64,000 nt of DNA from an uncultured Candidatus Saccharibacteria bacterium (lineage in GTDB: Bacteria; Patescibacteriota; Minisyncoccia; Phycocordibacterales; JACOZG01), in contig CAZYXJ010000001.1 in assembly GCA_964651115.1 (NCBI GenBank), positions 42,273 through 106,272 of the forward strand. Reading direction: 5' to 3'. Under the pieces are notes generated by a model. That model was not told where the DNA came from and made no database searches. It saw nothing but the letters and a program-made list of their open reading frames with translations. The position numbers and the translations under genes are program-made. This document shows, one piece after another, positions 29,478-38,318 of the stretch (positions are counted from its first letter, which is position 1; the number at the start of each line of letters is the position of its first letter).

Positions 29478-30398
29478 TTAGCCGTAGAAAGCTAGGCCTA
29501 TGCCGCCAAGAACAAGTAATAGGATGGCAATAAATTTTTTTACCAAATTTTTTCGATCTAAAGATTCATTAAAGTGGCGAGGAAGAAATTTTGTTAGCAA
29601 GGCGCCGATAACAAGAACGAATAGTGGCTGAAGAGAGTTAACAACATAGACAAGTGCCACCGGGGCTAGAAGTACAGCATAATTAAAAAGTAAATCTGCG
29701 CCGATCATAGAGCCTTCGGTGGCTGATCCAAATTTAATCATTTTGATTCCTGCGCTGCGATAGAGGGCGAAAAAATCTCGACGGTACGAACCAATAAAAA
29801 TTAAGAGCAGTAAACCGAGAAGCATGATGCCGGAGTATTCCCAAAATTGTGATTGCCAATAACCCGCATCCAGAGCAATTTTCTTAAAGATCACGCCAGA
29901 CAGAGCCGAAAAAAAAGAGGCTGTGCCCATAAGCAACAAGAGTTTACCCTTTAACTTAAAGGTGCCATTTTCAGTAGCCAAAGAAAGCAAAAAAGCTCCT
30001 AAAATAATTACCGCACACAGAATCATTTGAATCGCAGAAAGTTGTTCTCCTAGAACGACATAACCCAAAACATAGGAAAAAACTGGGATTAATTGATAAA
30101 GCGGAACAACCAATGAGGCCTCATACCTATGGAGAGCATTAAGATATAGCGCCAGGCTACTCATGCTGATAACCCCATTAATAACCAGCGTGATTTTAAA
30201 AGTCGAAGAAAGTAAAAAAACTCCCTGATCAAGAAAGAAAGAGATGGGAACCATGATTCCCGCAAAAAGTGCTGAAAAAATGACGATCCCGCCAATACCA
30301 CCATCTTCTTTTACGAAATGACTAAGAACGAACTTGTCGATGAAATTGGCCGCGGTATACAGCAAGGGCGCCCCCAGGGCCACTAGAAACCAAGACAT
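29478..30398 (-). CDS. EamA-like (DMT superfamily) transporter
   Basis: 306 aa with about 10 TM helices in two repeated halves. Low GC. Confidence 0.7.
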   Translation of the reverse strand: MSWFLVALGAPLLYTAANFIDKFVLSHFVKEDGGIGGIVIFSALFAGIMVPISFFLDQGVFLLSSTFKITLVINGVISMSSLALYLNALHRYEASLVVPLYQLIPVFSYVLGYVVLGEQLSAIQMILCAVIILGAFLLSLATENGTFKLKGKLLLLMGTASFFSALSGVIFKKIALDAGYWQSQFWEYSGIMLLGLLLLIFIGSYRRDFFALYRSAGIKMIKFGSATEGSMIGADLLFNYAVLLAPVALVYVVNSLQPLFVLVIGALLTKFLPRHFNESLDRKNLVKKFIAILLLVLGGIGLAFYG

Positions 30399-30589
30399 AA
30401 GGTGTAGTATAATTTAAACAATAAATCTAATCCACTAGCATTTATGACCCTTGCGTCCAAAATTTTAGTTGCCGTTCTTTTATATGCAATATTTTTTTCA
30501 ATTTTTGTTACCTTCCACCAGGGGGTAATTTTAAAAAAATATGATCTAATTAGCACTGAAGAGAATTAAACTTTAGCGACCAATGAACT

Positions 30590-31117
30590 CTAAATAACTT
30601 GTCTATTAATTTTTTCTTGTAAATACCACTGAAAATACCCTTTGTATCTTTTTTGCAATTCTTTGTTTTTCCAATCTTGGTCGGTGATGATATTTCTACA
30701 GTTCTTAGAGGCACACAAACAATTTAGAGAATACGAAACTTGTTCGCTCTCTGATCCAAGAGCCATTGCATAATCAAAAGTTACAGCTTCCCCAACTAAA
30801 ATTTCTCTCATGGCCACCAAAATAATCTGTCCATGAAAGCCAGCATTTGGGTCACAGGAATGATTGAAAAAACAAGCTGGTTCGATTTCTGATTCTTTTT
30901 TTATCCCCAAAACAAAATCATCACCAATCTGTAGGCCATAATCAGAAAGATTGGCTGGGCCTTCTTTTTCTTCTTTTATTGTCATCACGTATCCTCCAAA
31001 TATTGCTAAAACTTCGCCCTTCATTATTTTTTTTGCGGCAAATACGCCCCTCCCTGCCCCAGAAGTTGTTTCTTGCAACTTTAGTTTTTCGTTAACCCAA
31101 GAGAAAGAATTGTGCAT
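30590..31117 (-). CDS. SET-domain protein (putative protein-lysine methyltransferase)
   Basis: GRGVFAAKKI (GxG), FFNHSCDPN (NHSCxPN), EAVTFDY (ELxFDY) and post-SET CLCASKNC. Low GC, about 38%. Confidence 0.8.
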   Translation of the reverse strand: MHNSFSWVNEKLKLQETTSGAGRGVFAAKKIMKGEVLAIFGGYVMTIKEEKEGPANLSDYGLQIGDDFVLGIKKESEIEPACFFNHSCDPNAGFHGQIILVAMREILVGEAVTFDYAMALGSESEQVSYSLNCLCASKNCRNIITDQDWKNKELQKRYKGYFQWYLQEKINRQVI

Positions 31118-31160
31118 TTAAATTTGTTTATAAGTAAAAACTCACGCTATAATCATAAGT

Positions 31161-32825
31161 ATGCTAAATAACCTCATTACTTGTCCAGATTCTGTGCCAA
31201 ACTTCCTGGGAATTGTTGATACCCAACTAGCCCCTCCATTGCTATTTTATTCATATCTACCAATTATTGCCATTTGCTTATTTATGGGGGGATACGTTCT
31301 TGCGGCAAGCAAGTTTTCCCTAATTTCTAAAGCTTTCTTGGCCATCAGCATATTTTTTTCATTATGGTCAGCAAACGCACTTTTCCAGTGGATCGGGGTT
31401 CACGCCGACATAGTTCACTTTTCTTGGCAAATAATCATATTGTTTGAAGCCCTAATGTTTATTTCCGTGTTTTATTTTTCTTACGTTTTTTTACACAACA
31501 AGACACCATCGATATGGTGGCAAGTTGCACTGTCGGTTATTTTGTTCCCAATTATCTTACTTTTACCGTCCCGTTTGAATATCACCGCTTTTGATTTAAC
31601 TAATTGCGCCGGACTAGTTGGCTCTTTATGGCGATACGAATATGTAATGGAATTTTTCATTGCAATTTTGATTTTGTATTTTACCTTTAAGAAATGGCAA
31701 ATTAAAAAGAACATGAAAAGTAAAGAGGTTCTTTTGGGAGTTTCGTCCACTTTTTTTCTGGTCTTATTTTCGATTACAAACATAATTGGCGACGCCACTG
31801 GTTACTATCAAGTAACACTGGCGGGATCTATAGGTTTTGCAGTTTTCTTGGGAGCAGTTGTTTTCCTCATCGTCCGCTATAAGGCCTTCAATATTAAGAT
31901 CATTGGAACACAGGCCCTGGTTGTAACTTTGTGGGTTTTGACTGGATCATTGCTTCTGGTGGCCAAATCGGAAGTCACCCGAATCATTGTGGCATTAACA
32001 GAGATCGTCTCAATTATCTTCGGTCTCATTTTGATTAAAAGTGTTAAGCGAGAAGTCGCGCAGCGGGAAAAAATCGAAAAATTGGCCAGTGCCCTGGCGG
32101 AGACAAACGACGAGCTAAACGTGGCTAACGAAAAACTTAAAGAACTAGACAAACAGAAAACCGAATTCGTTTCGGTGGCGTCGCATCAGTTGCGTGCTCC
32201 GACTACGGCCATCAAAGGTTACTCCTCAATGCTTCTCGAAGGTTCTTATGGTCCGCTGGAAGAGAAGGCCAAGCAAGCTGTCGACGTCATTTTCCAATCA
32301 GCCCAAAAACTTAATTTCGTGATCGAAGATTTTCTCAACATTACCCGCATTGAGTTGGGCAAAATGAAGTATGAGATTTCTGAAGTTGATTTAAAGAAAA
32401 TGGTTGATCAGGTATTTAAGGAGCTCGACCCCGTGGCCAAGCGCAAGGGTCTCGAATTTAGCTTTAGTGCTGGACGAGGCTCGTTTAAGGTGATGGCCGA
32501 TCCCAGCAAGCTTTCCCAAGTCATTATGAATATTGTGGATAACTCAATTAAATATACTCCCAGTGGTTCAATTAAGGCTCGCCTTGAGGTCAAGGGAGGC
32601 AAACGTCTCTTTAGTATTACCGACACCGGTGTCGGCATGAGCGAAGAGACTCGGGGGCGCCTATTCCAAAAGTTTACTCGTGCCTACAACGCCAGCGCCT
32701 CTAACGGCACCGGTACTGGCTTAGGACTCTTCGTCGCCAAACAAATGATCGAGGCCCAAGGCGGACGTCTGTGGGTTGAGTCTGCCGGCGAAGGGAAGGG
32801 GAGCACCTTCTTTGTGGAGTTGTAG
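31161..32825 (+). CDS. sensor histidine kinase with N-terminal multi-TM sensor domain (orphan)
   Basis: About 7-8 TM helices, then HisKA H-box FVSVASHQLRAPTTAIKGY and HATPase_c G-boxes (DTGVGM, GTGLGLFVAK). No response regulator is adjacent. A TATAAT lies about 8 nt before the ATG. Confidence 0.85.
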   Translation: MLNNLITCPDSVPNFLGIVDTQLAPPLLFYSYLPIIAICLFMGGYVLAASKFSLISKAFLAISIFFSLWSANALFQWIGVHADIVHFSWQIIILFEALMFISVFYFSYVFLHNKTPSIWWQVALSVILFPIILLLPSRLNITAFDLTNCAGLVGSLWRYEYVMEFFIAILILYFTFKKWQIKKNMKSKEVLLGVSSTFFLVLFSITNIIGDATGYYQVTLAGSIGFAVFLGAVVFLIVRYKAFNIKIIGTQALVVTLWVLTGSLLLVAKSEVTRIIVALTEIVSIIFGLILIKSVKREVAQREKIEKLASALAETNDELNVANEKLKELDKQKTEFVSVASHQLRAPTTAIKGYSSMLLEGSYGPLEEKAKQAVDVIFQSAQKLNFVIEDFLNITRIELGKMKYEISEVDLKKMVDQVFKELDPVAKRKGLEFSFSAGRGSFKVMADPSKLSQVIMNIVDNSIKYTPSGSIKARLEVKGGKRLFSITDTGVGMSEETRGRLFQKFTRAYNASASNGTGTGLGLFVAKQMIEAQGGRLWVESAGEGKGSTFFVEL

Positions 32826-32921
32826 CTTAAGCGAGCTATAGTATACTTCTAAGTAGACCCAACCATAAGTTCTCGTGCGAGAGCGGGGTGGGACGATCTT
32901 TACCAAAATAGGAGATGGGCC

Positions 32922-34037
32922 ATGTGGTTAACCGGTTGTTTGGTTGCCGCCTCAGCTCTGGCGGTTGGCCAGACCGAGTACGAAACTTTTTACCCCTTAA
33001 GCCAACAGCGACCGACTCTGCAGCACGTCGCGCGTCCCGTCGGCCAACAAACAAGAGGACGATACCTTTTTTCTGATCCCGAACGACTTACCGCCGGGCA
33101 AGTTGCGGGGATCCAATTCTCCACTCTTATTTATTTTTCCCCGGAGGGACTGCCCAAATCACCCGTCCGCGTGCGCCTGTGGCTTTACGAAGAACCGGTC
33201 GCCCCGAGCATCGCTCACGGGCAGATCCAAGTCGCGCGCGTCACCAGTTCTTGGGAAGCCAAAAAAGTTACTGGCCGTTTAATGGGCCAAGCCAAATCTT
33301 CACGTCGTCACGCCTGGAAGTTCATTGATCTGACCGAGACTTATTTGGCGTGGCGCTCGGGGCTGTGGACCGAGCAGAATTATGGTCTAGCCATTTGCCC
33401 GACGGCTAAGTCAACCGACCCAGGCCAGATGAACTCTTTTGCGAGCTGGGAACATCCGGTAGAATCGGTTAGGCCTTTTCTGGCAATCCAAACGGCCGAT
33501 ACTGGCTGGTACCATTTTCCTTTGCGGGGAGGTTATTTGCCCGAGATGATTACTGGTTACAACTTTGGCGAACCGTGGTTGCCAGAGAGCCAGCGAACCA
33601 TCTCGCCAGCCAATTTTCCTCTCTTGCATACAGGCATTGATTTGCGAGCAGAAGTCGGCGATCCGGTCTGTGCGATTGCCTCAGGGATGGTGAGGCTCTC
33701 AACGGCTGATGAGAAGTGGGGTGGATACATCGTGGTAGAGCATCATCACGGCGACACTCCTTACACCGCCACTTACACTCACGTCCTACCTGGTGGACTG
33801 TGGGTTAGTCAGCTCTTTTGGGTTCAGGCCGGAGACGTTCTGGGGACTATTGCGCCCGGTAACGCCAATTTTTCGCCCCACCTGCACTTCCAGATCAGAT
33901 TGGGCGAGTATGACCCGACTCGATCATTGCTCGGCAGGCTACCAGAAGTTTCCGCCACCACCACCGCCTCACCAACCGTGCCCGAGCCAGCCTTTCCCGA
34001 AAATTTTTATGACCCACGGGTGATGCCTTGGGAATAA
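32922..34037 (+). CDS. secreted M23 (LytM-type) metallopeptidase
   Basis: Signal peptide, HTGIDLRAEVGDPV (HxxxD), and HHHGDTPYTATYTHV...SPHLHFQI (HxH). Confidence 0.8.
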   Translation: MWLTGCLVAASALAVGQTEYETFYPLSQQRPTLQHVARPVGQQTRGRYLFSDPERLTAGQVAGIQFSTLIYFSPEGLPKSPVRVRLWLYEEPVAPSIAHGQIQVARVTSSWEAKKVTGRLMGQAKSSRRHAWKFIDLTETYLAWRSGLWTEQNYGLAICPTAKSTDPGQMNSFASWEHPVESVRPFLAIQTADTGWYHFPLRGGYLPEMITGYNFGEPWLPESQRTISPANFPLLHTGIDLRAEVGDPVCAIASGMVRLSTADEKWGGYIVVEHHHGDTPYTATYTHVLPGGLWVSQLFWVQAGDVLGTIAPGNANFSPHLHFQIRLGEYDPTRSLLGRLPEVSATTTASPTVPEPAFPENFYDPRVMPWE

Positions 34038-34044
34038 AAATATA

Positions 34045-34080
34045 AGCGCCAGTACCACCTTAAGTGGTACTGGCGCTCTT
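34045..34080. terminator. bidirectional hairpin terminator between convergent genes
   Basis: Perfect 14 bp stem AGCGCCAGTACCAC/GTGGTACTGGCGCT with a 5 nt loop. U-rich flank on the minus strand, weaker on the plus strand. Confidence 0.55.
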
Positions 34081-34086
34081 CGCTGC

Positions 34087-34350
34087 TCACAGATCATACT
34101 CTCCTCCTTCGCCCGCGCTTAAGCGGGGGCAATTTTCCATGACGTCCTTCGCTTCCGCTCGGGGTCTCACTGTCCACGCTGGCGGTAGGGGATAAGGCCG
34201 CTCCGCTTTGGGGACAGCGACGACGGCCTGCGGCGGCTCCACCTTGGGTGGAGGAGCTTCAGCGGGCGGTGCAACCTCCGGCGCCGAGGAGTTTTCGCAA
34301 CTCGGAGCCAGCACCAACACCAGGAGTACCAGCCAGATCAGACTCTTCAT
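34087..34350 (-). CDS. small secreted Pro/Ala-rich protein
   Basis: 87 aa with signal peptide MKSLIWLVLLVLVLAPSC, possibly a lipobox. It overlaps the upstream gene by 92 nt in another frame. Confidence 0.4.
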   Translation of the reverse strand: MKSLIWLVLLVLVLAPSCENSSAPEVAPPAEAPPPKVEPPQAVVAVPKAERPYPLPPAWTVRPRAEAKDVMENCPRLSAGEGGEYDL

Positions 34351-34714
34351 CGATCACCTCCTTAGAAAGAGTGGGGTTCCAATACAACGCCAGGATCGCT
34401 TCGCCACACGGCACGCAAGTTTGATAACAACCTACCTGGTCATTGTAGTAGTAATAGGCCTTGGCACAGCCCGTGTCGCAACCACTGCGCACGGCATCCA
34501 TTTCTTCCCCATAGCTATAGCCATCGGCATAATCTTGCCTGGCGGCGGAGATGATCGAAGCGATGTAGTTATCGCTATAACCCGCGGGTCGACATAGGCG
34601 ATAAGCCCGGTCGACGGGCGACTCCACGACGGGGGCCGGGGCACAACCCTGACCGGATAGGAAGGGGAAGATCAACCACAAGGCGACGATCCCCACAAAC
34701 AGTTTTCGACTCAC
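34259..34714 (-). CDS. small Cys/Tyr-rich secreted (lipo)protein
   Basis: 151 aa with signal peptide MSRKLFVGIVALWLIFPFLSGQGC, eight Cys residues and a YYYY motif. Confidence 0.45.
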   Translation of the reverse strand: MSRKLFVGIVALWLIFPFLSGQGCAPAPVVESPVDRAYRLCRPAGYSDNYIASIISAARQDYADGYSYGEEMDAVRSGCDTGCAKAYYYYNDQVGCYQTCVPCGEAILALYWNPTLSKEVIDEESDLAGTPGVGAGSELRKLLGAGGCTAR

Positions 34715-34841
34715 GAGATTTCCTCCTAAAAATAGAGAGGGGAAAAGGGACCAGTCAACATTTAGAGAGCAACGAGCTCCACCTTTAGACTAGCACACTC
34801 TAGTTTTACCCGCACTATTTTTTTGCTATGATTGTCCACAT

Positions 34842-35792
34842 ATGGTCAATCAAGAAAAAGTCCTCCTTTCCGGTGTTAAGCCGACAGGCCGCCCCCACTT
34901 GGGCAATTATTTTGGCGCCTTAAAACAGTTTGTTAACCTGCAAAATGAGTATCGCTGTTTTATTATGCTGGCCGATTATCACGCCCTAACGACTGAGAAC
35001 GATCCGGCCGCCTTGCGCCAAAACACCCTCGATCTAGCCATCGATTATTTAGCCATTGGCCTGGATCCAGAGCGCGTGACTCTCTTTAAGCAATCAGCCG
35101 TGCCAGCGCACACCGAGCTCGCTTGGATCTTTAACTGTCTCACCACCATGCCTTACTTGATGCGCGCGCACGCCTTCAAGGACGCGGAAGCCAAAAACAA
35201 AGAGATTAGTGTGGGTACTTTTGACTACCCAATGCTCATGGCCGCCGACATTCTACTTTATGAGGCTGATGTCGTGCCGGTGGGACAGGATCAGAAACAG
35301 CATATCGAGATCGCTCGCGACACGGCCGAAAAATTTAATCGACTGTTTGGCGAAACCTTTAAACTTCCCGAGCCCCTGATTTTGCCCGAAGTAAAAACGG
35401 TGCCCGGTATTGATGGCCAAAAAATGAGTAAAAGCTACGGCAACACCATCCCGCTCTTTGCTTCTGATGAGGAAATCACCAAACAGGTAATGGCAATCGT
35501 CACTGATTCCAGCGGCGAGGTGCCACAAAATGTTTACGAGATCCACAAACTTTTCCGCAGCCCCGAGGACTTGGTCGCGATTTACGAGTCCAAAAAGGGG
35601 AGGTATAAAGAACTTAAAGAGGCTTTAATTACTGATATTTGCCAGTTCGTGGCGCCGCTACGCGAGCGGCGAGCGGCCATTGCCTCGGACCCGTCAAGAG
35701 TGGAAGAAATTTTAACGCTCGGCGCGGAGACGGCCCGGACCCGGGCCCAGGCCACTCTTGAGCGCGCTCGCTCCGCCGTCGGAATTTCTTAA
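34842..35792 (+). CDS. trpS: tryptophanyl-tRNA synthetase
   Basis: HIGH-region (GVKPTGRPHLGNYFGA), KMSKS motif and TrpRS-specific motif (GQDQKQH). Confidence 0.93.
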   Translation: MVNQEKVLLSGVKPTGRPHLGNYFGALKQFVNLQNEYRCFIMLADYHALTTENDPAALRQNTLDLAIDYLAIGLDPERVTLFKQSAVPAHTELAWIFNCLTTMPYLMRAHAFKDAEAKNKEISVGTFDYPMLMAADILLYEADVVPVGQDQKQHIEIARDTAEKFNRLFGETFKLPEPLILPEVKTVPGIDGQKMSKSYGNTIPLFASDEEITKQVMAIVTDSSGEVPQNVYEIHKLFRSPEDLVAIYESKKGRYKELKEALITDICQFVAPLRERRAAIASDPSRVEEILTLGAETARTRAQATLERARSAVGIS

Positions 35793-37625
35793 ATGAGAGA
35801 ACGAATTCGTAAAATCAGAAGTTCGTCTTGGGCCTTGCTTAAAAATTGTTGGCGTTCGTTGGGTTACGCCTATCAATTTTCGCCCCGAGCCATCATCCTC
35901 ATGCTCGTTCTGGGCTCCCTGATTCCAGCCCTGACCTTCGCTCAAAATAAATATTTTGGGCGCGTGATTGACGGACTGGTTTCTTCCGTCGCGGCTCGCG
36001 AGCTTAATGCGCTGTGGCAACTGGTAGGCATCTATGCCCTCCTACTGATGATTAGCCCGATCTTGCGGGCGATTCGCCTCGCGGTGGAGAAACGCTACTA
36101 TCTCAAGCTCCAAGAGGGCATGGAAATTTTGTTGCTCCGGCGCCGAAGCGAGACCGATATCGCCACGCTGGAAGACAAAAATTACCAAGACCTCCTTCAG
36201 CGAGCGCTCCAGCGCGGCCACTGGCCCATCAGTTCGATTGTCGACCACCTACTCATCGCCTGGCAGAGCCTGATGGCCGTAGCGATCGGCTCGCTCGTCG
36301 CCGTCTGGTTTGACTGGCGGATCTTTGTGATTGTGATTACCGCTTCACTTCCCAAATTTGTTGCCGACATCAGGCACGGCCAAGACGTGTGGAGCATTCA
36401 CGCTCACGCCAGCCCTGATCAGCGACGCTTTGGCGACTTGCGTTTCCACATTGGCAATCGCATCTCTCTGATTGAGACCAAGCTGTATCAAAGCAGTAAT
36501 TGGATCATCAACTGGATGGGAAAAATTTTGGGCAAGTTTACGGACGACCAAATCTCGGCCGAACAGCGTCGCCTAAAATGGGTCGTGATGGCAGAGGTGC
36601 TTTCCACCGCCGGCTTCGTGCTCGCCATTCTCTTGATTGTTCGTGAGGTAATGGCGGGCAACATCCAGATCGGCGCGATGACCTTCGTGGTTGCTTCGCT
36701 GTCTCAGCTCGATAGTTCCATTTCTGGTCTATTGATTAGCATTGCCAAGCAGTACGAAGCTAACCAATATGCTAACGATATCTATCGGGTAATGGATTGG
36801 CCGCCCGCGATTGCGCACGCCAAGAAACCCAAAAAACTTGAGCTTGATGGGCCACCCGAAATCGTTTTCGAAAACGTCTCCTTTCATTACCCCCACGATC
36901 CCAAACTGATTCTTGACGGTCTTAACCTCACAATCAAAGCCGGAGAAAAATTGGGGATCGTCGGCATCAACGGTGCCGGTAAAACCACGCTCGTTAAGCT
37001 CTTGTGTCGGATCTATGATCCAACCAGTGGGCGCATTCTCGTCAATGGTCTCGACCTGCGCCAAGTAGAACTGGAAGAATGGCATTCGGTTTTAGCCGTT
37101 TTGTTCCAGGACTACACGTCCTTCGATTTCCAGACCGACCAAGCGATTGCCATGGGGCGAGTCGAGCAGGAAATTGTTCCTGAGCAAGTCCGAGCCGCGG
37201 CCGAAACTAGTGATGCCGATTCCTTTATTCGTCATTGGAAAAACCAATACGAAGAAATGTTGGGTGTGGAATTCGGCGGTCAGGAGCTCTCACGCGGCCA
37301 GCGCCAGAGATTGGCCATTGCGCGAGCGGCTTATCGTCAGGGACGCGTCCTCGTCCTCGACGAACCAACGGCCTCCGTCGACGCCGATTCGGAGATGAAA
37401 ATCTTTGAACGGTTAGAGTCCTGGAATGGGGCGACAATGATCCTCATTTCTCATCGCTTCAACACTCTGCGCCGCGCCAGTCGGATCATGTTGATCGAGG
37501 GCGGCAAGGTGGCGGAGATCGGCTCGCACGAAGAGCTGATGGCCCTCGGTGGACGCTATGCCGAAATGTTTACGCGGCAAGTGGAGAGCTACGTCGAGAC
37601 CCCGACCGAAAGCACGGTCAGTTAA
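35793..37625 (+). CDS. ABC exporter, fused permease-ATPase (MsbA/type I exporter-like)
   Basis: Six-TM domain plus NBD with Walker A GINGAGKTT, signature LSRGQRQR and Walker B LVLDEPT. Confidence 0.85.
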   Translation: MRERIRKIRSSSWALLKNCWRSLGYAYQFSPRAIILMLVLGSLIPALTFAQNKYFGRVIDGLVSSVAARELNALWQLVGIYALLLMISPILRAIRLAVEKRYYLKLQEGMEILLLRRRSETDIATLEDKNYQDLLQRALQRGHWPISSIVDHLLIAWQSLMAVAIGSLVAVWFDWRIFVIVITASLPKFVADIRHGQDVWSIHAHASPDQRRFGDLRFHIGNRISLIETKLYQSSNWIINWMGKILGKFTDDQISAEQRRLKWVVMAEVLSTAGFVLAILLIVREVMAGNIQIGAMTFVVASLSQLDSSISGLLISIAKQYEANQYANDIYRVMDWPPAIAHAKKPKKLELDGPPEIVFENVSFHYPHDPKLILDGLNLTIKAGEKLGIVGINGAGKTTLVKLLCRIYDPTSGRILVNGLDLRQVELEEWHSVLAVLFQDYTSFDFQTDQAIAMGRVEQEIVPEQVRAAAETSDADSFIRHWKNQYEEMLGVEFGGQELSRGQRQRLAIARAAYRQGRVLVLDEPTASVDADSEMKIFERLESWNGATMILISHRFNTLRRASRIMLIEGGKVAEIGSHEELMALGGRYAEMFTRQVESYVETPTESTVS

Positions 37626-37635
37626 ATCAAAACTC

Positions 37636-37660
37636 GGGACCCCTTAAGGGGTCCCTTTTT
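37636..37660 (+). terminator. rho-independent terminator
   Basis: GGGACCCC-TTAA-GGGGTCCC followed by TTTTT, directly after the ABC exporter stop codon. Confidence 0.8.
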
Positions 37661-37728
37661 CTTATTCACAATTATAAAAATATGTGGTATAAGAAAAAGG
37701 GACATTCAAACTGAAAAGGAGGTCAGTG

Positions 37729-38310
37729 ATGCAACGGATTCTTTTGGCGGCACTAGCCCTGGCTAGTGCCGGATGCTTTTCACCTCGAGGTACCGTCACC
37801 GTCGGAGCTAGTGTCAGGCAAATTAGGGGCAATTACAACGGCTTCCGCAGCCGCGCCACCATTCCCGTCGGCACTGTCCGCTTGGCTCAACCCATGGGAA
37901 AGAAGCTGGAAATCTGGCACGAGTGGCAGGGCAATCAGGGCCGAGTACCCGCCGATCATCTCGTGGCCCGAGGAGAGGGTGAGGGTTGGCTGTGGGCATC
38001 GGCCACTGGGATCGCATTGTATCCGGCCGAAACACGCCTCTTGGGCTTAACAATGGGCGGAGAGTTTTTTGAGGCGCGATACCGGATGACGGGACGGCTC
38101 GGACCCCTTCGTTCGCAAGAGCGAGATCATTTCTCGGGCGTAGGATTGGTCCTCGGCTTAAGAAGCGAGCTTCCTCTCGATCGGAATAAGCGCTTTGGTC
38201 TAGTCATTGAGGGCGGTTACCGCTTTACCGACACCTGGACCACCAAAGCCCGGATCGACGGCGATGGCTGGTATGGCACCATTGGCCTGGCTATCCAGTT
38301 GGGCCCTTAA
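37729..38310 (+). CDS. lipoprotein with beta-rich C-terminal domain
   Basis: Signal peptide plus lipobox LASAGC with alternating beta-like segments ending ...WYGTIGLAIQLGP. A TTCACA-N17-TATAAG promoter lies at about 37665-37693 and the RBS AAAGGAGGT is upstream. Confidence 0.55.
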   Translation: MQRILLAALALASAGCFSPRGTVTVGASVRQIRGNYNGFRSRATIPVGTVRLAQPMGKKLEIWHEWQGNQGRVPADHLVARGEGEGWLWASATGIALYPAETRLLGLTMGGEFFEARYRMTGRLGPLRSQERDHFSGVGLVLGLRSELPLDRNKRFGLVIEGGYRFTDTWTTKARIDGDGWYGTIGLAIQLGP

Positions 38311-38318
38311 GCATTTCA

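Noticed and set aside
30444-30569. 41-codon hydrophobic ORF (MTLASKILVAVLLYAIFFSIFVTFHQGVILKKYDLISTEEN) between the EamA and SET genes
   Set aside because: It is too short and AT-rich to call as a gene without conservation or expression data. It is mentioned only as a possibility.
34208-34597. 129 aa plus-strand ORF antisense to the Cys-rich lipoprotein gene
   Set aside because: The translation is Gly/Ala/Thr-rich and repetitive, and it lies opposite two ORFs with good signal peptides. It is most likely a GC-driven artefact.
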